Source of the DNA: an uncultured archaeon
GTDB lineage: Archaea > Asgardarchaeota > Lokiarchaeia > Sigyniarchaeales > SOKP01
Direction of reading: 5' to 3'
NCBI GenBank assembly: GCA_964632315.1
Contig: CAZWEM010000002.1
Location: forward strand, 32,001-96,000
Length of the DNA stretch: 64,000 nt
Under the pieces are notes generated by a model. That model saw nothing but the letters and a program-made list of their open reading frames with translations, had not been told where the DNA came from and did no database searches. Positions 57,909 through 64,000 of this stretch are shown piece by piece. How positions within the stretch are numbered: position 1 is the first letter of the stretch; each line of letters starts with the position of its first letter. The translations under genes were made by a program, and so were the position numbers.

Positions 57909-59384
57909 TTACTTGTATATCATTAATCCTTTTCTCTCCAAATTTTTAAGAAATTCGGGAGTTTCAGTGATTAAATTAAAATTTAAATCTAAAATTCGCA
58001 AGTTTGAAAGATTTTGGAGAGAGAATGGTAGATCCTCTATTTTATTTCCCCATAAAGATAACTGTTCAAGAGATTTTAACTCACCAATCCAAATGGGTAA
58101 TGAACTAAATTCATTCCAATTTAAATTTAATATTTTCAAATTTTTTAGCTTCTTGAATCCATCTGGTAATGAGCTAATTTTATTATTCCATAAAGCTAAT
58201 TCTCTTATATTACTAAGTTCTCCTATATTAGTTGGTAGTTCTATAATCTCATTGTCATAAAGTTTCAAAGTTTCTAATTGTTTTAGACAATTTATCCATT
58301 TAGGTAGATGTTTAATTTTATTTCCACCTAACCCTAAGATTTTCAAGCTTTTCAGATATTTAATCCCTTTTGGAAGTTTTTCAAAGTTATTTAGTCCTAA
58401 TTCCAACATTTTAAGAGATTTTAATCCTTTCAGTTTTGGAAAATCTTCAAGTAAATTTCCATGAAGATCTAAAACCTCCAAATTGGAAAAGTTTTTCATG
58501 GATTTCGGCAATGAACCTAATAAGTTTGACCTGCAATCTAGTTTCTGCAAATCTTTTAACTTGCCGATTGAAAAAGGTAGATTCCTTACCTTATTGTATT
58601 TTAAGCTTAAAAATTTTAATGATTTCAAATGTTCTATTGAGTCAGGTAAACTCTTTATTTTATTATAACTCAGATCTAACTCAATTAGGTTATTTAGTTT
58701 TCCTAATGAATTAGAGAGTCTTTTTAATCGATTAAACCTTAAATTAAGCTTTTTTAAATTGTTTAATTCTACCAAATATTCTGGAAATTTATTTAGGACG
58801 TTCCATCCAAATACATGACTGCTAACATCAGAAAGATCTAACTCTGTCACAAATAGAGCGTCTACTACATAAGTAAATTGGCCAAATTTATTCTCAAGTT
58901 CCTCAATGATATAAGAATTTTTTAGAATATTTCCCAAATCGAGTGTACTATACTTATGAATTGAATCTTGAGATACTTTAAAACATTGATTATTCGATGT
59001 TAATATAGCATTGATGAGTAGCTCTTTTGAATACTCTGTGTTCATTTTAGCTAACGCATTACAAGCAATTAATAAAATGGGAAGATAATCTTCATTTTCT
59101 AATACCCACTTCATTGGTTTAAAAATCCTTTCTAAAAAGTTATTTTTTAGAACTTCAGCTGCAAAAGTTCTAATATTATTGTGCGAATCTGAAATTAACA
59201 AATTTTCTAACAAGGTAAATACGGATTCATCTTTAACTCCCATTTGTTCAAGAAATTTAATGCTTTCAATTCTTATTTGAACGTCTTCAACGTTTTCTAT
59301 TGTTGATATTAAAAGATCTATCGCTAAATGTTTATTAATTGATTTTTGAAGGTAATTTTTATAAATCCTATCGGGAGCGTCCAT
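57909..59384 (-). CDS. HEAT-like N-terminus plus leucine-rich repeat protein
   Basis: LLENLLISDSHNNIR followed by about twelve LRRs. Confidence 0.92.
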   Translation of the reverse strand: MDAPDRIYKNYLQKSINKHLAIDLLISTIENVEDVQIRIESIKFLEQMGVKDESVFTLLENLLISDSHNNIRTFAAEVLKNNFLERIFKPMKWVLENEDYLPILLIACNALAKMNTEYSKELLINAILTSNNQCFKVSQDSIHKYSTLDLGNILKNSYIIEELENKFGQFTYVVDALFVTELDLSDVSSHVFGWNVLNKFPEYLVELNNLKKLNLRFNRLKRLSNSLGKLNNLIELDLSYNKIKSLPDSIEHLKSLKFLSLKYNKVRNLPFSIGKLKDLQKLDCRSNLLGSLPKSMKNFSNLEVLDLHGNLLEDFPKLKGLKSLKMLELGLNNFEKLPKGIKYLKSLKILGLGGNKIKHLPKWINCLKQLETLKLYDNEIIELPTNIGELSNIRELALWNNKISSLPDGFKKLKNLKILNLNWNEFSSLPIWIGELKSLEQLSLWGNKIEDLPFSLQNLSNLRILDLNFNLITETPEFLKNLERKGLMIYK

Positions 59385-59434
59385 TTTTACAGAAAATGAC
59401 AAGTGTTAAGTTAATAATTATCATTCTTGATTCC

Positions 59435-61342
59435 TTAAAAAAGATATTTCATCAAATCTAGCTCTTGTAGTTTAGATTTTAAAGGTATTCCAGTAGCTGT
59501 ATCCCAACCACGTTCATCATAGTAATCATCCAATAATTGATTTGCGATTTTTGGAGTAATCTGCACATTTCCATAAAAGTCATATAATTCCAAGTTATTT
59601 TCTCCGTACTTTAAAGGCTTAAACCAATTATTTGGGAATCTATCATCTTTTCGAGAGAATCCTTCATTCACGTTAAGGATTTTTAATAAGTTCCACGACC
59701 TTTCGGCAGCTAAAATAAGTTCTTCCCTACTTGACTCAAATCCAGTAATTAGGTTGTAAAATTCAGTCACTAAATCCAAGCTATAAAATCGATTCATTTG
59801 GGCTCTAGCACATAAACCCAATGAAGTTAACACAGTATACCAATCTTCTGAATACCTTGTTAAGCGCCCTACATTTATGAACATCTCTGCTTTAGGAGGT
59901 TTGAATATTCTTTCATGTGCATTTCTTGGAATGCCCATTCTATCAAAATGTGATTTCATTTTTCCTAAACCTCCTCCAGCTCCTACATAAGTTGGAGAAC
60001 CTCCAGAAGCTACGTGTGCACCTTTTGGGTTTACAACTTGCTCGAATTCCATCGTTCCAAGTTTTAAAAAGCGAGGTTCAAAAACTACATCTAATCCTTT
60101 AACCGTGAGTTTTTCTTCTTCAAAATTATCATCTACTTGTTTAACGTTAGCCCAGCCCTTTGCAATTATATCTCCTATTCCCTCCTTATATGTAATAAGT
60201 CCGATAAGCTTTTTAAAAGAAGAAAAATCTTCTTTCCATTCAAATCCAAGATCTTCATTCGAAAGTTCATCTTTTTTTACCATTTTGGAGATAATGTCGA
60301 CTAATGAAGTCATAGTGAGCGAATCTAAGCCGTATCGACTGATTAAGTCATAAATTTTGATTGCTTCTGAATATGATTTCAAACAATCACTAGTTAACAT
60401 CAAAAAAGGATTGATCACTGAGGATGTATAGTTAATTAATCCGTTAAATTCACCTTCTCTTATTTCAAGTATGTCTTTATCTGCCATTGGACATGTAGGA
60501 CAAGCAAATCTTCTTTTCTTTATCATTTTAAGATAGTTCCGATCATTACATTGCCTAGCTTTCCTTTTTTCTCCTTTAGCATTCAAAATCATTCCAACAG
60601 GTAAACTTCTAAGCATCCCTAATTCGATCCATGATTCACGTTGAGGATAATTTCTTATTCTTTCGATAAAAGTTTGATATTTTACCCGAAATTCTTTTGG
60701 ATATGCTATTTCAATTCCATTACTTCCACGTACCACAATAGCTTTTAGGTTTTTGGACCCCATTACTGCCCCTAATCCACCGCGTCCAAAAGTAGACGTT
60801 TTATCGATGAGAGTTAGAGCACCATAAACTTTATTTTCACCTGCTTGTCCAATTGCTATGACTCCACAATCTTTATAGTTTTTCCACATAAAGTCAGTAG
60901 TAAAAATAATGTCTTTTCCCCAGAGATCTTTCGCTTCAACTAATTCAATTTGATTATTGGTTATCATTAAATAGGAAGGTTTCTCTAATCTTCCAGAAAT
61001 AATTAAGTGATCATATCCAGCTTGTTTTAATTGAAATCCAAAACTCATTCCTCCACAGACATTAGCAATTGCTCCTGATGCTGGAAATTTAGTTATACCT
61101 GTTGTTCTTGAAGAGCCAGGCATTATTGTACCAACTAAAGGTCCAGTGCCAATAATGATTGGATTTTCGGGAGAAAAGGGATCTAATTGAGGTTTTAAGC
61201 GTTCTGCTGCTAATAAGCAGTTTATACCCATCCCTCCAATAAATTTTTTTAAATCTTCGAATTTCTCTTTTTGAGTTTTTATCTTGTTGTTTGAAAGATC
61301 TATATCGAGAATGTTCCCAGTATATCCTTTAAAATTCATCAT
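59435..61342 (-). CDS. Aldehyde:ferredoxin oxidoreductase family (tungstopterin) protein
   Basis: GYTGNILDIDLS, IGQAGEN, GRGGLGAVMGSKNLKAI, DDRFP, YYDERGWD..TGIP. Confidence 0.92.
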   Translation of the reverse strand: MMNFKGYTGNILDIDLSNNKIKTQKEKFEDLKKFIGGMGINCLLAAERLKPQLDPFSPENPIIIGTGPLVGTIMPGSSRTTGITKFPASGAIANVCGGMSFGFQLKQAGYDHLIISGRLEKPSYLMITNNQIELVEAKDLWGKDIIFTTDFMWKNYKDCGVIAIGQAGENKVYGALTLIDKTSTFGRGGLGAVMGSKNLKAIVVRGSNGIEIAYPKEFRVKYQTFIERIRNYPQRESWIELGMLRSLPVGMILNAKGEKRKARQCNDRNYLKMIKKRRFACPTCPMADKDILEIREGEFNGLINYTSSVINPFLMLTSDCLKSYSEAIKIYDLISRYGLDSLTMTSLVDIISKMVKKDELSNEDLGFEWKEDFSSFKKLIGLITYKEGIGDIIAKGWANVKQVDDNFEEEKLTVKGLDVVFEPRFLKLGTMEFEQVVNPKGAHVASGGSPTYVGAGGGLGKMKSHFDRMGIPRNAHERIFKPPKAEMFINVGRLTRYSEDWYTVLTSLGLCARAQMNRFYSLDLVTEFYNLITGFESSREELILAAERSWNLLKILNVNEGFSRKDDRFPNNWFKPLKYGENNLELYDFYGNVQITPKIANQLLDDYYDERGWDTATGIPLKSKLQELDLMKYLF

Positions 61343-61586
61343 TTCCCCCCTCAATCAATTCTAATGCTCCATAAAGACAATTATTTGCGCATTCACCACA
61401 GTATACACAATCATCGGAAAATTCAATAATTGGAACTAAACCATATACTTCAGAAATTTTAATTCGCGCTTTGCTTGGATTGAAAGTCTTGGTATATAAA
61501 AATGAACAAGTTAGTTGGCAAATTCGACATCCAACACAATTTTCAGCGGTAATATTAATCTTTTTATTACTCATTTCTTCAATCAT
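61329..61586 (-). CDS. 4Fe-4S ferredoxin subunit partnered with the AOR
   Basis: CVGCRICQLTC and CVYCGECANNC; overlaps the AOR start. Confidence 0.92.
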   Translation of the reverse strand: MIEEMSNKKINITAENCVGCRICQLTCSFLYTKTFNPSKARIKISEVYGLVPIIEFSDDCVYCGECANNCLYGALELIEGGNDEF

Positions 61587-61592
61587 ATCTGA

Positions 61593-63095
61593 TTAAATGT
61601 TAACTATAATTCCTTTATCTCTCATAAGCTTTAACTGTTTAGAAGCTTCAGAAATTTTATTGAAATTAAGATACATAATTTTTAGATTTTTAAGCATAAG
61701 AAGTTCTTTTGGGAGTTTTTCAATTTTATTTCCCCATAAATTAAGTATTTCTAAAGAAGATAAATTGCTTATCCAAGAAGGAATTTCATTCAATGAATTC
61801 CAGCTTAGATTCAATATTTTTAAATCATTGAGTCTGGAAATACATGAAGGAACCGATTCAAGATTATTGTTTCTCAAATTTAATTCTTGTAAACTACTAA
61901 TTAAACCTAACTCAGGAGGGAGTTCATTGATTTGATTATCATGAATAATAAGTTTTTTAAGCCTTGTAAGTAATGAAATCCAAGAAGGAATACTTGTTAT
62001 TTTATTACGCTCAAGACTTAGACTTTCAAGATTATTCAAATTTCTTATTACTTCTGGAAAATCCTTGAGCGCATTCCATCCTAATTCAAGTTGAACAAGG
62101 CTATTAGGTATTTCAAAATCGATTGAAAAGTCAGAGAGTTTATTATGATGGAGATCTAAGAGTTTTAGCTTTTTCATCTTTCCTAATTTTGAAGGTAATT
62201 GACTCAGCAAATTGTCTCTTAAAATTAGAAATTCGAGAAATTTAAGATTATAAACTGTTTCAGGCAACATTTTCAAGTGGTTCGATTTTAGACTTAGGTT
62301 TCTTAACTTTGAAAGAGTTGAAATAGTTTCAGGGAGGTTATAAATATTGTTGTAATTCAAATTCAATTCCTCAAGATGGTTTACTGTATTTATTATTTCA
62401 GGGAACCGCTTTAAATGATTATTGCTTAAATCTAATCTCTTCAAGTTTGATAAAGATAAAATGGCTTCAAGCGAATTAAATAATTTATTTAGATTTAAAC
62501 CTTGATAATCTACATTAGATAAATCAAGACTTAGTATTGCACCCTCATCACTAAAATCAAATTTAATATAACCAAATTTAAGCTTGAGTGAGGATATCAC
62601 CAGATAATTAATGAGGATATTAGCTATTTCCTTGCTATTTAAGGCCTCTAAATTGGCACTATTAGTGAAACCTTTCAAATTATATTTATATTTCTTTTTA
62701 AGCATATTATTTAATAATTTCAATAAGATTTGTTTCACTTCTACATTATTCATCCTTGCAATTTGATTGATTAAATTGATCTTTACAATCAGAGAAGCAT
62801 CTTTTACTAGTACCCATTTTATAGGAGGAATCGCTTCTTCTTTATATAGACCAATTAAAGTTTTAGCAGATTGGATCTTTATTTTATCATCATTATCAGA
62901 TATGAGCAAATTCTCTAAAAGGTTATAAACATTTTTTAATTTAAGATTTAACTTTTGAATTATATTAATGCTCTCTAATCGCGTTTGAACTTGATCAGAA
63001 TTATCAATTAATGCCATTAATAATTCTAGTGCTGAATTTTTATCTAGATCGCCATTCGAAAGATCCTCTATAATAGCTGCTGGAGTAAAAGTCAT
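61593..63095 (-). CDS. HEAT-like N-terminus plus leucine-rich repeat protein
   Basis: LLENLLISDNDDKIK followed by about twelve LRRs. Confidence 0.92.
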   Translation of the reverse strand: MTFTPAAIIEDLSNGDLDKNSALELLMALIDNSDQVQTRLESINIIQKLNLKLKNVYNLLENLLISDNDDKIKIQSAKTLIGLYKEEAIPPIKWVLVKDASLIVKINLINQIARMNNVEVKQILLKLLNNMLKKKYKYNLKGFTNSANLEALNSKEIANILINYLVISSLKLKFGYIKFDFSDEGAILSLDLSNVDYQGLNLNKLFNSLEAILSLSNLKRLDLSNNHLKRFPEIINTVNHLEELNLNYNNIYNLPETISTLSKLRNLSLKSNHLKMLPETVYNLKFLEFLILRDNLLSQLPSKLGKMKKLKLLDLHHNKLSDFSIDFEIPNSLVQLELGWNALKDFPEVIRNLNNLESLSLERNKITSIPSWISLLTRLKKLIIHDNQINELPPELGLISSLQELNLRNNNLESVPSCISRLNDLKILNLSWNSLNEIPSWISNLSSLEILNLWGNKIEKLPKELLMLKNLKIMYLNFNKISEASKQLKLMRDKGIIVNI

Positions 63096-63112
63096 AAGTT
63101 TTGAAAGACCAC

Positions 63113-64000
63113 TTAAATTCTTTCTATCATCATTCCCCCTAATACAATTGGTCCACCAGTAGAATTGTATATTTTCTCGGCGCGCTTTAGTTTAGTTTGA
63201 CTATCTGAATAGATCTTGAAAACTAATTCGCCTTCTTTTATTCTAGAACCTTGTTTTTTTATTATCAACACGCCTGAGTTTTTAGAATAAGGACATCCAG
63301 CTGCTTTAGCTATTTGATTGATAATACTATTTTTAACTTCAGTAATATGTCCAGACTTTACTGCAAAGAATTCTTTTTCATAGGGCCCTAATTCAATATC
63401 TTCAGGTTTGATGCTAGGATTGCCTCCTTGAGCCTCTATTATCTTTTTCATCTTCTTATAAGCTTTTCCCGTCCTTAACAGCTCCTTAGCAAGTGTTTGG
63501 CCTTTACCTCTTTGAGCTTTCCCACCCATCTCCAATAGTATACCTGCTAATTCAGTGGATTTTTCAATTAGTGAATTTGGACCTTTTGAATAATCCATAA
63601 GAAGATTAAGAGCTTCAAGAGCTTCAATTGCTGGTCCAACAGCATGTCCAATTGGTTGATGAGCTAGTGTTAATGCACATTCAGCATCGATCCCAACATT
63701 CTTAGCAATTTCTTTAAAGATATAAGCAAATTCTTTTCCTTTATCTGCTGTAGGAAATTTAGTACCTGGCCCGCAGGGTATATCTAGAACTAATTTTTTT
63801 ACTCCTAATGAAAGTTTCTTTGTTAGAATAGAAGGAATCATTAGGCCTACAGGATCCATATGTAGTGGTCTTTCGACTTCAATTAAAATGTTATCAGCTG
63901 GGGCAGTATTTAGAGCCCCGCCCCAAATAAGGCATGCATTTTCTTTTGATATTATTTCCTTTAGCTCTTCATATTCAAAAGCCACAGGTGCTAAAACCTC
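63113..64000 (-). CDS. deoA: AMP phosphorylase (thymidine phosphorylase family), 3' part; 5' end outside the window
   Basis: EVLAPV, WGGALN.APAD..LI.VERPL..DP, SILTKK, LDIPCG.GTK, QPIG.AVGPAIEA.EAL. Confidence 0.9.
   Translation of the reverse strand, partial: EVLAPVAFEYEELKEIISKENACLIWGGALNTAPADNILIEVERPLHMDPVGLMIPSILTKKLSLGVKKLVLDIPCGPGTKFPTADKGKEFAYIFKEIAKNVGIDAECALTLAHQPIGHAVGPAIEALEALNLLMDYSKGPNSLIEKSTELAGILLEMGGKAQRGKGQTLAKELLRTGKAYKKMKKIIEAQGGNPSIKPEDIELGPYEKEFFAVKSGHITEVKNSIINQIAKAAGCPYSKNSGVLIIKKQGSRIKEGELVFKIYSDSQTKLKRAEKIYNSTGGPIVLGGMMIERI

Noticed and set aside
648-61935. Many short antisense or overlapping ORFs in the track (e.g. 648..881, 954..1256, 3173..3535, 13267..13530, 56627..57052, 57913..58260, 61597..61935)
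   Set aside because: They are shadows of well-supported genes on the opposite strand or frame, with Ser/Phe/Ile-rich composition and no motifs.
1-64000. CRISPR arrays, IS elements, proviruses or diversity-generating retroelements
   Set aside because: No repeat-spacer arrays, transposase, integrase, capsid or reverse transcriptase recognised, and no near-identical TR/VR pair noticed among the LRR genes by eye.

Overview
Gene-dense, AT-rich archaeal chromosome segment. Gene content points to an Asgard archaeon, most likely Lokiarchaeia (inference from an archaeal histone, eS25, TrmB, an ATP-dependent ligase, a BHB-intron tRNA and several eukaryotic-signature proteins). I found about 59 CDS and one intron-containing tRNA-Ser(CGA), and no mobile element or CRISPR array. 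Points the ORF track misses or mis-calls: (1) the hdrA 5' end at the left edge has an in-frame UGA at a conserved Cys position (probable selenocysteine); (2) at least three genes need a non-AUG/GUG/UUG start or a frameshift to include conserved N-terminal motifs; (3) a Rag/Gtr-like GTPase sits behind a PP-loop-dead ThiI and a GG-ending ubiquitin-like protein; (4) a Bud23/WBSCR22-like rRNA methyltransferase is divergent from eS25; (5) a giant LamG/Ig-like surface protein is tightly coupled to a longin/uDENN-like protein; (6) a four-gene methyltransferase, radical SAM, TIGR04282-like, TIGR04283-like cluster; (7) a cold-shock-domain/DEAD-box fusion; (8) a RuBisCO-like protein opposite a wHTH-methyltransferase-fold regulator; (9) four HEAT-LRR paralogs; (10) a tailed, atypical histone. 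All family assignments come from motif recognition by eye, not database searches.
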